Origin: Trichodelitschia bisporula | Lineage: Eukaryota | DNA: 64,000 nt | Assembly: GCA_010356995.1 (NCBI GenBank) | Contig: ML996707.1 | Location: forward strand, 310,001 to 374,000 | Direction of reading: 5' to 3' | Shown: positions 38,313-51,284 of the stretch, piece by piece | How positions within the stretch are numbered: position 1 is the stretch's first letter | Layout of the letters: each line of letters starts with the position of its first letter | Position numbers and translations under genes: made by a program | Notes under the pieces: generated by a model | The model's input: only the letters and a program-made list of their open reading frames with translations | The model's database searches: none | What the model was told of the DNA's origin: nothing

Positions 38313-39097
38313 GATTGCAGTGTAGATGCGATTGTACTGGCAGCCTCGCTCGTGTACCGCGCGACCTGCAGTCCCACGAAAAAAAAGTCGAGAAGCAGTG
38401 CACGGGCCACCTGTAGGGATTTTGGCGCCGCGCGGCCGCACGCTGTTCTCCGCACTCCGCAGACGTCACACTTGGCAAGGCTTTATCTCGGCCCCCCTGG
38501 ATGGAGATAGTGGAGACGGCATCTGAACTTGCAAATCATTCCTTTCGATCCGCCGGCGTGTCACGGTCGTTGAAAGCCGAGCACTTGCATCAAGACAGAC
38601 AGCGATGGTCAAATGGATAACTGATCGTGTTCCAAAGGTCTAATTCCATCTACTACACGCCAGTGTGGAAAATCCGACCCCAACCATCACCAAACCGAGC
38701 ATTATCCATTAAATAATCCCAATTTTTGCCTTATCCAAGGGCCGGCATGAAGGGACAAAGTTTCCAACGGATCACCCGGCATTCAACAAGGGCATCCATG
38801 GGTGCAATCAGAACATCACCACCTGGCTCTATGGTCCAAGGGCAGTCGACCGCATGCACGATTACTAGCGTCGCCCTATCCGACTTGGTACTACGTCGAG
38901 TAATACAGCCGGCCGTTACCGGAACCAGAAAACGCGAACAGGGACAAATGCCAAAGGTATCAAGCATGTCCCAAGGGGACACAGGCTAAAGAAACGGGGT
39001 ATCTTGCAGTGTATACAACTGAATTCCAAGAGGCTCGAGATACGCAAAAATGTAGATGACAGGGTTCAAAAAAGAGCGAGTCTCGAGTGTGCCTGAC

Positions 39098-41464
39098 TCA
39101 TTGGCGGCGGAAGGATTTGTAGTTTAGGGGCGAGTTGTAGGCAGGCGCTGCTGCGCGCATGGGTTCCCGAATGCGACCTCCTCTTGCCACAGGTGTGTTT
39201 CCTGTGCAGAATATGCAAACGTATACCGGAGGCAGATGCTGGGTGTTCAGCCCAATGCATTTTACATGAAGCCATTTCGTGCATGATTCGCATTGTATCA
39301 TGAGCTGGCCGTCGCCTTCTGTGGTATTGCAGACGCATCGCGTGCTGTCGGTGGAGCGTGAGCTGCGATCGGTAGTGGGTGTAAGGACTTCGGAATCGTT
39401 GATCGTAGCCGGAGAGGCGCTGGAGTTGGTGTTGAAAGGGTCGTAGCCGATTTTCAGCTTCGCTGCGTCGATAGAAGCCTGTGACCAGCGCTTGTTGTGG
39501 GCGTTTAAGATGCTTTGGGGGTCGCTATTGTCTGGGTAACATTAGCTAACAGCAGCAACAAGAGCCAGCGCGGTCGAACCTTGACGTTTCATGCGGCCCT
39601 CCATAACTCGTCGCAGAGCCGCCTGGGCATCCCCGCTGTCGTCGTCGGTAGTCACAGAGTCCTTCGACGGACTTTCGGAGTCCGCAGCACTCAGCGAACC
39701 CCCAAAGTTGCTCATGCTGAATCGCCGAAAATTACTGTTTCCCAGGTCGCCGCTTGATCGCTGGGACGCTGATCCAAGTCTCGACGACAAGCTGCTGATC
39801 GAGGCAGCGGAGAGCGGCCGCTTCGAAACGTCAAAGCGATTGGGATCGCTGTCCATCCGAGCGTGCTTGCCTCGCCGGGGCGGATCTGGTTGGAAAGCAA
39901 ACGAGTTTCGTTGGCTGGTAATGACGGGATCTTCTTCGGATTCGTCATCATCATTCCACGTCGCAAAGCTACGAGGTATTTCGACCTCAGATCCCTGGTC
40001 TACCGTCTCTGTTCGGGCTCTGCCAGTCTCATCAATCACCAGACGAGTGCGGGGACGCGGCCGAATACTGGATTCCGGGATGGAAGTAAGCGAGGTTTGG
40101 CTATTCCTCTTTAGTGGAGACGGCCGTCGGGGGATGTTCTCTGAGCTTTGTGCATGGCCTCGTGAATCTATGGACACGCTCTTTATCCTGCGGAAGCCGC
40201 TGTCTGTGTTACTGCGCTGGAGGGCGGGCTTGGCGAGAGTTTGCGATGCCATGAACACGCTGGCGGACCGGTTTTGTTGCTGGCGCGCCTTCTTTGCGAG
40301 TTCCCGCTCCCGATTTGACTCCCATGTTTGATGTTCATAAGGCTGGCGATTGACGGCCTCCACCGTGGTTTGAGTAAAACTCTGCCGCATCGAAGAGGGG
40401 TCGACGGTATGTTGTGGACTGGAGAAGCTGAAGATGAGGTTTGGGTTTACTCCAGTAGTAGATATAAAAGACTCGTTTTGCATGAAGGATGTCTGTTCTG
40501 TTGTAATACCGGATGTCCAGTATTCCGTGGCTTGACTTGTCTGATTGAGCGAGATGGCACTTTGCTGCTGGAAACTTTCATGAGCCTGCAGCTGAGCCTG
40601 ATGGATCTGCCAGTTCTGCATTGCACTGCTCTGGGCGAACGGGTTATGTGAGGCATCGACATAGCCAGCGCCAAAATTAGGTTGAGGGCTTTCCTCCCAA
40701 GGGAGTCGTGGCATCTGCATCGGCGGTGCGCTCGCGGGGCCTTGACCTTGAAGATTAAAGACTTCGGGGGAGAACTGCAGGGTTGGATACTGCAAGGGAG
40801 TCTGGAAGGCCTGTGACTGGGCGCTCGTATGACCATTTTGCACGGGAGTAGATACTGGACCATGAAAGGCAGTCGCAGGAGTGCTAAACGCTTGCTCCTG
40901 GCTAAAGTCTCTTCTCGATGAAGAGTCTCTGGTTGGTGGCGGCGTTTGCATCTGAAAGGAATCCATCGAGGAGTCCGCCTCAGCTTTAACGGCCGATAGC
41001 GGGCCCTTCTTCTTCGAGGGGTCGGGCGAGGAAGATAGACGGCGGGAGGGCGAGACTGGAGGCAGGGGGAGGGTCTGGGTGTTGGCAAAGTGGTTTACGT
41101 GGAATTTGGGGTCATCCGGTGTGAGAGGGGCGGGCTTTGAGATGCTGGCCGGTCGTCGGACTACCGTAAAGCTGTGGTATAGAGGAGTGTCTGCGGGAGT
41201 TTGCTGACCAGTGGCTTTCGGTGTGAAGAAAGCATCGGCAAAGTGCGACGTCGACTCGGTCTTCGGGGTCTGGAACGGTGGCTGGTGGAATGCGTTGGAT
41301 TTTGGGGTAGACGATGGGCTTGGGAAGTGCCAGTCAGGTAATCTGAAGAACAAGATGTGATTAGTTTCTATTTGACTCGGGACAAGGAGATATCATGAAG
41401 CAGGCGGATGAGCGGGCCAGGATCCCCACGTCGGCCAATACCGTTGCTGAGGCGCTGCCACCAT
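39098..41464 (-). CDS. PHD-finger protein with long S/P/Q-rich disordered N-terminus; intron 39532-39579; start exon uncertain
   Basis: C-terminal TRCVCNTTEGDGQLMIQCESCTKWLHVKCIGL...YVCIFC (Cys4-His-Cys3). Acceptor at 41343; best in-frame first exon is MVAAPQQR from ATG 41464. Confidence 0.8.
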
Positions 41465-44400
41465 GCCCAATTCAGGTGGATGCCTGGAGTGAATCCGAAG
41501 AAGTGCTCCATCTCAACAGTATCGAAGCCCAGCTAGGTGTTTGCCTCTGGCGGGGAGCAGGGAAGCATTGGGGGAGTATGGAGTCATATGAGCCATTCTG
41601 CCTACCCATGTGTCTGGTGTTCCACGTTCATATCACTAAGTCTAAGAGGCCCCTTCGTGCAGTCTTCTCAGCGTTATGGACCAAGGTGCGCAGCCGCTGG
41701 GTATGTCTGAAGGGAGACGATTGGTAACAGTGGCGACGGGTGGGTGCAGGAATGTTCGGCTGCGACGTTGTAAGGGAGAGAGGACGGTGGAGAGACGGTG
41801 AGGGGACAACGAGCTGCTGCGAGCGTGGTAAGCACAAAGTGCAAGATTTTTCTGGACTTTCCAAGGACAAGCGGAATTGAGGAAGTGCAGGCACAAGGGA
41901 AGGGAGCCAGGCCACGATAGTACAAGATAGTGTGGGGAGGGTTTTTTTTCCCTTTTGAAAAGCTCCTTGCGGAGGAAGATGGGAGGAGGAAGAGGAAGCA
42001 GATGAGGCTCCGGACACGCAGCGGCCGTCTCCCTTTGCAGCTGCAGCTGCAAAAGAGGACAGGGTTGCACTTGGACGGAAAGAGGTAGTAGGAGCTCGGC
42101 AGGTGAGGAGTAAGAAAGTAGGAGGTAGTGTGTGTATGGTTGCGTTTTGGTGGGTGCTGCATCGTTCGTGCATAACGTACCTGCGGGTGTGGGTTGGAGG
42201 TCAATGCCTCGGTGAGCCTTGACAGTATCGAACAGCACGACAGCAAGTCAGCGTCTCCTGATGGGCCGTTAGACCGCCTAGGAAGACGCAGTGCTCCGTC
42301 GAGCCCATAGTCTAAGTGGTGAGAATCTCATTTTTTTGATTGTAGAGGAGAGGGTCGGACAGCGGGGTTGGATGAAGGGCTGAAAGAGAGAAAGATGTAA
42401 GAGAGAGCAGCAGATGGACTACTGAAATGGGTCCCAACCCTGTCCCAACTGCCAGGGCCCGGCATTGGCGTTGGTATTCTCGGCTTCGATGACAGGGGTT
42501 CTTTTCCATGATCCATCATTATCCCCATGTTGGTACCGCAACCTTTTTGCTGGCGTATGGCTACTTTCTGCCCGCTCTTTCTTGTGGAAGAGATGTGTGT
42601 GTGTGATTCAGGACTTGCTAAAACGGGCAAGCTCTCCGGGGACTTTGTGAGGAGTATTATGTGTCTTTTGATATAATGTCTGATCACTGGGCAACCGAGA
42701 AAGTGATCTATAGATACAAGTACGACATACTCATACAGCTTTGATACCCCTCAATGCATGTACCCAACCCTTTCCTGCTTTGCCGCCTTGCCATGTGCGC
42801 CATCCAGGCACATTTCTCCGCAGCATGCAACCCCGAGAAAGCGCAACCCTCCCTTCCCCTCAAATTCTCGGATACAGACGCCCGAGTCGGTCCACGAAAC
42901 TGGTGTCCGTTGCTGGGATTCTTACCGTAGCCTTCTCACCTCTAGGAGACGCCCCTCAGTGGATATTGGCTGGCGGTGCAGCGTGGGGCAAAAGCGAAGC
43001 AGATCCTCCCCATCAGACAGGGCCGACCGCCTCCTAGTAAAAGCGTGGCCCTGCCTAAAACTACCGCAGGTACCGCCTAACTTCCAAGGGGGTCCCTCAA
43101 CCCATAGCTGCTCATCACACCTTATATTCCCTCTTCTTACCGGTCGCTCCAAACGATGTTCAAGGGACGTCGTCCCGCCGGGTCAAGGGGGCTAGAGAGT
43201 GCGAACCCTTCAGCACTCAGGGCATGAGGGGACTTGTTTGGGGTTCGGGCGAATCAATGGCTAGAGAGATACTTCGGCAGCTCCATTCTGCCCCATCATG
43301 CCCTGTTGCTCTCCTGCCGCCGTGGGTATGGACATTCCGTAGTGTACCGCAAATCGAGTGTGAGCATGTGGGCGTAATTGGCCGGAGCAGAGGTCAACCT
43401 TGCTATCATATTGCGAATGCCGTTTGCCGTGGTCCAAGGGGGCCTAAGAGAATGACAGTCGACAGCATATCATCCCACCATGGCTCAGCCAGCCGCGGAA
43501 GGGACGGCTATCAACTCGCAACACCTTCCATCGGCCCCTCTACCTCTTAGAATAGTAAAGAGAGAGAAAGTCGAACGACCGACGTTGTCCTGCACTCCTG
43601 AATGCTACATGCAACCACCAATTGCCAACCTTTTAACCGGTTTTACACCAGTGGATGGAGCTCCGCAACGCATTCAACGGCGCAGCGAAATCTCCGCCGG
43701 CCAATCCCAGCCAGCCAAATCAATCCATCGCCCTATCTCGAAGCGCCTCGTTGCCAACGCATCATCTAGCCAGGCTCCCAGGCCATCTCTTCCAGGCTGG
43801 CTACCGTTTGAACAAAGAGCGGCAGGTACGCAATGCGTCAGTCGTCGATAGTCCTGGGCCGCCCTTAATATCCGCCATATGCTAGACGAGTGAGCTCACA
43901 GGAGCCCGCAGCTTACTAACTGATGCAGCTTCCGTCATCCATCGGCAAGACTACGAAATGCGATAATCCCCCCATGATTGTCCAATCGCAAACCACACGC
44001 CAGCCAGCCCAGTGGAAGGCCCGGCTCGATTTATCGCGGAGCGCGGCCAATCAGTCTGCGTGGATCTGATCGATTCGTGCGATCTTGTCCCGCTGCAAGA
44101 AAAAGAAGAAGGAAATTAAAAAACAAAGTAGCTTCCCCCACCAAATGGGGCAGTTCGTCAGTCGGCATGCAGGCATCAGATTCAAGGATGCATTTGTGGC
44201 ATGCCATCTACCGTACCTTTGAACAACCCGCCGCCCGATGGATTCGCCCCCTTGATCCTTTTGCAATCGATTCCGAATACGGGACATATCGACAATAACT
44301 CAGGTATATCGCCGCTCATTACCGTCGCACCCGTCGCCCTGCCCCCTTACCCCATCTCCCCCCAGCGTCCCCCTCCTTCACGAGAAGACATGTTCCACGC

Positions 44401-45953
44401 CCGTTTGCACACCCGGAGATCTCTCGCCGGGCCAGATTTTTGACGCTGTGGCGAGGCTTGGCGGAGCAGTGGCATCTGTGCAAGCCGTGGAGTTTCGGCA
44501 AGAGTAATGCAGTGCGCCGACGCTGGCTGCAAGGTACGCCCGCACCGCGGCCGCCCTGCGCACTGTGCATTCCGGAAAGCCATGCCACAGTGGCACAGGA
44601 AACCGGTCCAAACGTACGCCGCCCCCGAAAGGCCGTTTTCTGTCGCCTTTTGCTTAACCAAACGCTCCGGTCTTCGGTTGCAACGCTTGACTCGAGACGT
44701 CCTTGTCGAGGATGGCGATCGCCGCCGTTGCTCTGGCCGCGCACTCTAATCCGCATGTATGGCCCAACTGAGACACCTCCGCCGTGCAACCGCAGGCGGG
44801 GTATCCAATACACCACAGTGACATCTCATCCACCCCCACGAACCGATACACCAACCCCACAAGCCCCTCAGCATCAGAAGCCTCCGGCCGCCCTACGGGC
44901 TTAAGCCCGGCGCAAGCCCGGCTCAGCCCGCCGCCTTCCCGGCCCCCAAGCCCTTTATACCAACTGCACCGGAGCTTGCATGTCCGGCGATGAGCCAGCG
45001 ATGGAGTAATTCGATAACCTAATAGCCCCCCGGGTTCTAGAATCCAGGCGCCGCCCCTCGGTGCCCCGAGCTTCGAATCCTTCCAGCGCCTTTCGCGCCC
45101 GCCGCCCGCCGGCCCGGCGTCACCGGCTGAGTACCCTTGCGTTTGCGGGCCGTGCGGGTGGCTCGCGTAGCCGATGGGTGTTTCAGTGTCAGCCGTGGGC
45201 GCGGAGGGCGCCGGTTTTGGGATGCGGGGATGGGGAGGGAGATGGAGATGGATGTGGAAGGGATGGGTCGGTGGGTTGAGTGTATGCTGCTGCTTCGGGC
45301 TTGTCTATGGGGAGAGGGAATGAGAGATGGAGGGGAAGTTCGATTGTTGCGGAGAGAGCAGCGCGCGGCTGGCGAGCATCTGACTCGGGGAGAGCGGCTA
45401 GAAGGCTTTAGAACACAATCCAGCCGGTCCGTTCGGCCATCAACAAACTCTAGCCGCAATCTCGAAACACCCGTCAACGGATCGCCTCGCAAGCTCCCTC
45501 GCAGAAGCTTGCAGTTATAGCAAGCTTCCCCGCGAACCCCACATGCTCTATTTCGCCCCACTCATCCCCTCTCCACAAACAGGCCTTATGACTCGCGGCC
45601 CGTTCGCATTCCCCCTATGGTGTCGGGTTCGGCAACGTAATTGGAACGTGGTCGCGCGGCACGGTAAACCAGGGCAATCGGCCGACGGAGGCCAGGCTCC
45701 GCACTTAATCCGTGTATTATGATCGGCCGCGCATGACGCTAGCCATATCAACGCTCATCACTTCAGGGGTAACACAAGCAATGACCATATCTATAACTCG
45801 GTCCTGACTCTACGAACCCGGACCGTGTCCATCGCTGGTCTCGAACACCAAAAACCAAACGCGTTCACACAGCAACGGTATACATATATGTACGCAACCA
45901 CAGACGCCACCCATCCCTTATCCAATCTGATCCTCTGCTCGGAAACCGCCGCT

Positions 45954-47666
45954 CTATGCAAACCACTCACCAGACACCCAGCGCCGGACCATGTCCAGGC
46001 TGGGCTCCGGCTGGTCGTAAGGGACCATGTGGCCCGCAGCGTGAATCTGGACAAACGTAAAGTTGCCACTCGACTTGACGTGGCCAACCTCGGAGTCAGA
46101 ACCGCTGAGCTTCAGCGTCTTGAACTCGGCGTCCTTGTAGGCAGCCTGGCCCGGCCACTCGAGCGCCTCGGTCCAGGCCTTGTTACCCAGCCAGTTGCAG
46201 ATGTCTAATACAATCAGCTTGCGAACCACAACGAGAGATATAACTTACAGTCGGCGTCGCCAGCATAGATGAGGACCGGAATCTGTTCGAGCAGGCTGGG
46301 GACCAGGCGGTGGAAGGGCTTCATCCAATCGCCCTGGAAGAGGAAGTTGCGGTTGATGTCGAAGTTGCAGCTCTCGTAGTTGGACACCTCAGCGCCCAGA
46401 GCCTTCTGCACATCACGCTGGTTCAGGTAGTCGCTGATCCAGCCGAGCTCCTCGTAGCAGAGGTTGCTAGAGTCCTTGCACTTGCCGCGCACGTCGTAGA
46501 CGTTCTGACCGGTGCGCTGGTACGGGCCAATCAGAGCATTGTTGCAGTAGATGGACGCCGGGACACAACGCCAGACGCTCTCGCTGTCATAGCACTGCTC
46601 AATGAGCGCGGCGCAACGGGGATAAGCGTTCTCCATGCTCTGGCACTCACCAGCGCCGAGCACCGCCGGCCAGCCTCCATCACCGCAGGCCATGGGCTTG
46701 TAGTACTCATACTGAGTGAGGCCATCCGTCAGACCGTTGCCGATCAGGACGGACTTCAGGTTGATGTTCCGCTTCTTGTGGGACAGGATCTCGTGAGCGA
46801 AAACAGGGATGTAGTGCCCAGCATAGGACTCGCCCGAGATGTGGAAGTCTTGCGTGGCATACTCGGGGAATTGCTTGAAGAACAGGGTCAACAGGGCATA
46901 TACGTCCTTGCCGGCAGCCACGGTGTTCGAAACGGCGTTCCCGCTGTAGGAGAAGCCGACATTGACAGGCTGGTCAAGGAAAATGACGGAAGCGTTGGCA
47001 TTCCACGACGCCGGATTGTACTTCACTTTGCCGTTCTTGTTGATGGAAGACGGGCCGAGCTCCATGAACAGACCAGTCAACGAGGAGCAGCCTGGGCCGC
47101 CGTTCAACCACAACAGCACCGGATCATTTTTGGGGTCGTTTCGGGACTCAAAGAACCCTATGGATATCAGTGCCTACAAATGCAATGACAGAATGTCACT
47201 TACAATAGAAGAGATGCTTGTCCTCGTCCTCGTCATCAAGGTAGCCAGAGTACTGCTTGACAGTATCGACATTGAGCACACTGGGATCGACCGTCTTCGT
47301 GCGCAGATTGTAGTTGGAGAGCTTTCCATCAATCTCCCGCTCCTTCTCGCCCTGGGCGTTGGTGACCCAGACGCTCTGCAAATCAGCACCCTTGGTGATG
47401 AAGTCCCACTCCGAGGCTGGCTTCTTCTTGTGCGGCTTGGGGGCCGAAAAGAAGTTCGCCTTGTCGAAGGCCGCGGGGAAGATGGCAGCCACCTCGTCCC
47501 AGGCCTGGCGGGCTTCGGCCGAGAGGCTCTTCAGCGACTCCTCCAGGTGATGGAGCGGGTTCGCAACCGCATCGGTGATAACATTGGGAAGCTGGAGGGG
47601 CTGCTGCTGCTGAGTGACGGCAGCACTCGCCGCTCCAAGCAGCGACAGACAAGCAACGGCCTTCAT
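45954..47666 (-). CDS. CPY1: Vacuolar carboxypeptidase Y (peptidase S10); 2 introns
   Basis: Signal and propeptide; [28 protein letters not shown] (catalytic Ser); [17 protein letters not shown]. Confidence 0.96.
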
Positions 47667-48291
47667 AGCCGCGACGACGATGTGAATGGAGCTGTCCGCT
47701 CAAGGGGAGGTTGGGGAGGCAGCTGTTTCAGATACGGACGCTCCGCTTACACGCTGCTAAAAGCCCTGCGAAGGGTCTGGACAAAGGAGATAAAAGCCTG
47801 AACGCGGGTTGAGCTTGAATGGAGATGAGAGAGATGGAGGGAGTTGAGTGATGATGGGAGTTGGGTCGGAAGCCGGATGGATGCAAGCTCATGTGTTGTC
47901 ACGGCGATAACGGAACCTGGCAAGTGTGGCGGCTGAGCTCCTGTGACCTTGATCGAGCGGCTGTTGCCTGTGACTGGTGAAACTGATGACGAGTGTTGGG
48001 AAGTGCCTGGTCTAGCCTGTTCCGGCAGCCAATCGGCAGCGGTACGTGCGGGGAAAGTGTCAGAGCCCCAGGCATCAAGCTGTCCTGGGGTTTAAGGCAT
48101 CAAACCCCGATTTAGCCGCCCCCACCAGATACGCTAGCAAGGCTATGGGTGTGACACACGCGGAAAGACTCTGCGGTCTGCGGGGTCTGCAGTTGGAGTA
48201 CTCTGCACTACCGTGTAAACAGCAGGTGGAGCGCGTTCAGACCTCACAAGCATCAAACCCCACATAGGACTCTTCAAAGCCAACACTCAAA

Positions 48292-49287
48292 ATGCCGGTG
48301 GGAATCATCCAGGTAGGTCTTGTTTATCCAGTTCGCATCCTTGCTCACCCTGGTAGCCCTCCAACCAGATCAAACTCACAAATGTGTCGCTGGTGCGGAT
48401 GAAGAAGGGTATGGCTCTTTACAGTGGTCAGATCTTTCGCTAAAGAGACAGGCAAAAAGCGCTTCGAAATCGCGTGCTACAAGAACAAAGTCCTCGAGTG
48501 GCGCAGCGGTGTTGAGAAAGATCTCGACAATGTCCTACAAATCCCAAATGTCTTCATGAACGTCAGCAAAGGGCAAGTTGCGTCGTCGCAAGATTTGGGC
48601 AAAGCTTTTGGCGAAAAGACGCCACTGAACGACATAATACTGGAGATCCTTACAAAGGGAGAGCAACAGGTTGGCGAGAAGGAACGGCAGGCGCAGCTGG
48701 AGCGGGTACATCACGAAGTCGTAGACATCGTGGCGGGAAAGCTGGTGGACCCGAAGACGAAGCGCGTCTACACGCCCGGCATGATTGAGAAGGCGCTCGA
48801 CCAGCTGAGCTCGCAGGCACAACAACCAGACAAGACGGCCAGCGGAACAGCGACACCCGAGACTGCCGCGGAGAAGGGCAAGCGCAAAGAGCTTCCTATC
48901 TGGACGGGCGTCGTCACTACAAGGTCGGCCAAGTCGCAAGCGCTCGAAGCGATGAAAGCCTTAATCGCCCATCAGCCCATTCCCGTAGCACGCGCTCGTA
49001 TGCGTCTCCGCATCACTTGCCCAACCAGTGTCCTCAAGCAGTCTGTCAAAGCCGCACCCAAAAGCGGCGACGGGCCGGAAGACAAGGCAACAGGAACAGT
49101 CAAGGACCGGATACTCGGTTATGTCGAGCAGGTGGAGAGCCAAGATGTCATAGGCGAGGATTGGGAGGTTATTGGCTTCGTCGAGCCCGGTGCGTTCAAA
49201 GCATTGACCGACTTCGTGGGTGGGCAGACGAAGGGACGCGCAAGAGCCGAAGTATTGGACATGGCTGTAGTTCACGAAGATGATTAG
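48292..49287 (+). CDS. SDO1: Ribosome maturation protein Sdo1/SBDS; 2 short 5' introns
   Basis: MPVGIIQ|PSNQIKLTNVSLVRMKKG|KKRFEIACYKNKVLEWRSGVEKDLDNVLQ; SAKSQAL; IARARMRLRI-like C-domain. Confidence 0.95.
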
Positions 49288-49544
49288 ATAACAAAGCCAC
49301 ATCACTTGTCGCCATCATGCTCTCCCCACGGGACGCTCCTCGACAGCAGACGTCGATGCCTTCTTGTCATTTTGCTCACACATGACCATTCATTGTGCAA
49401 GCATATAGGGATTTCCAGTTAGAGTAACAAGCGGCAGAGGTCGATAGTCACACCCAGTTGTTCCCTCACGCATCGCCGTTCCACCGTAATGCCATAATGC
49501 TCCGAAGAAAACGCCCCATTGCCGCACCCGTTACGACGATCCGC

Positions 49545-50158
49545 TTAACCCTTCTTCTTCGACACACCGACGGTACGACCACGACGGCCAGTGGTCTTAG
49601 AGTGCTGGCCGCGGACGCGAAGGCCCCAGAAGTGGCGCAGACCCCGATGGGCGCGGATCTTCTTCAGCCGCTCAAGATCGTCACGGAGCTTCGAGTCGAC
49701 ACCGTTGGCAAGAACCTGGGAGTCCTTGCCATCAACGATATCGCGCTGCCTGTTGAGGAACCATGAAGGGATCTTGTACTGCGTGGGGTTCTGGATGATC
49801 GTGACGATACGCTCCAATTCCTCAGAGGTGAGTTCACCAGCGCTGCTGCTATTAGCTCGGGCCGTGCGTCCGTCAAAATCCCGTACCGCTTGTTGAGATC
49901 CACATCGGCCTTCTTGCAGACCAAATTGGAGTAGCGGCGACCAACACCCTTTATCTTGGTCAGGGCGTACATGACCTTCTGCTTGCCTGCGTATTGTTAG
50001 TGTGTCCATGGAAGCGTGTGCGCTGGCGGGCGAGGACTGACCGTCGACATTGGTGTTAAGGAGACGGAGCTGAGCTGCATTAGCATAACAACACAGTATG
50101 AGAAATGAATACTGACAATGAACTGGAAGTTCGACTTCTCTCCACTGACGAGCGACAT
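49545..50158 (-). CDS. RPS18: 40S ribosomal protein S18 (uS13); 3 introns
   Basis: [66 protein letters not shown]...[33 protein letters not shown]. Confidence 0.98.
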
Positions 50159-51284
50159 GATGGCGGTTGATGGTGATGTCGTCGGTGTGGATTTCGAGGC
50201 GATGAGGAGAAGTGGTTTGTCGAGGAGCGATTGTGGGCGCGCTAGCGAAATTATTTATCCGGCCCGGCCCCTGGACGACGTTGAACCTTGGCAACCCTCC
50301 GTCTCGGATCATAGGCAGCCCTGAAGGGATACACTTCTTTCTGCTCCCCACTGCGCCTTACGGCAGTGGCATCTTGTGCAATTTATCTCTCTGTTGGCAA
50401 ACTAACTGCTTGGTAAACGGCACCTGGACTGCGAATGCATAGGTATGGAATCGCAGTCTACCTTCAACTTTTATCGCACTTCACTGCATCCCCCTGTAGA
50501 CTAATTCAAATGGGACATCCATCTTTAACTCAGCTGAAGTGGCTCGGTCCATAGGACCTCATGCCAAACCATATCAATTACCTGGGCTCATTACGTCCTC
50601 CGGGCGAAAACTTAGCCCGCAATGCCCGAATGCTCCTATGGTGGAACCACAACCCCTTTCAGAGCCATTCGCGATATGCTACTAAATTACGTTTTGTGAC
50701 TATTTTGGCCCACATCACCGCGCGAAGCCATGGCGCCCTTTCAAGGGCAACTTTGAGATTCCGGGGTTCCATCACTGGTGAAACCGTTGCTAGGACCATT
50801 TGTGAGCTGAGTCACAGGCGACTTTCAACATTGTGTCAGACGTAAGTAGTATATTTGGGCGATCTCATGAGCTAACGAAGGAAGTGGATCTGCCCATATC
50901 CATGCGTCGGTAGTTTACGTGGAAGGCGGACTTGGGGACTATACCATTCCTAAGGCATCGACCTCCAACGAAATGCAGACCACTTGTACAGGATCGCAAC
51001 TGCACTGTACTGTAGTGCTGCGACGGTGATTATCAGGCATTTCCCAGGTAATCAAGGTGTTGTAAGAGCAAGTGTGATGTGCGAAGTCTTACTTCCCTCG
51101 ATATTGTCCCCACGCACCCTCTCGATTTCAATCTCGCAATCTACTCCGTCTACCAACATCGCATTCTCTGGCAACCTCTGCAAACGCCGCAAGAATCTGC
51201 TCTCACCATCTTCATCTCCATCGCACATCCTTCTCGGTTTATTCTCGTCTGCCGTTCCGTCCTCTCCGACCGACAACGCCCAGG

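Noticed and set aside
35881..50158. Ribosome-biogenesis gene cluster (SDA1, SDO1, RPS18)
   Set aside because: Interspersed with unrelated genes; ordinary housekeeping neighbourhood with no shared element seen.
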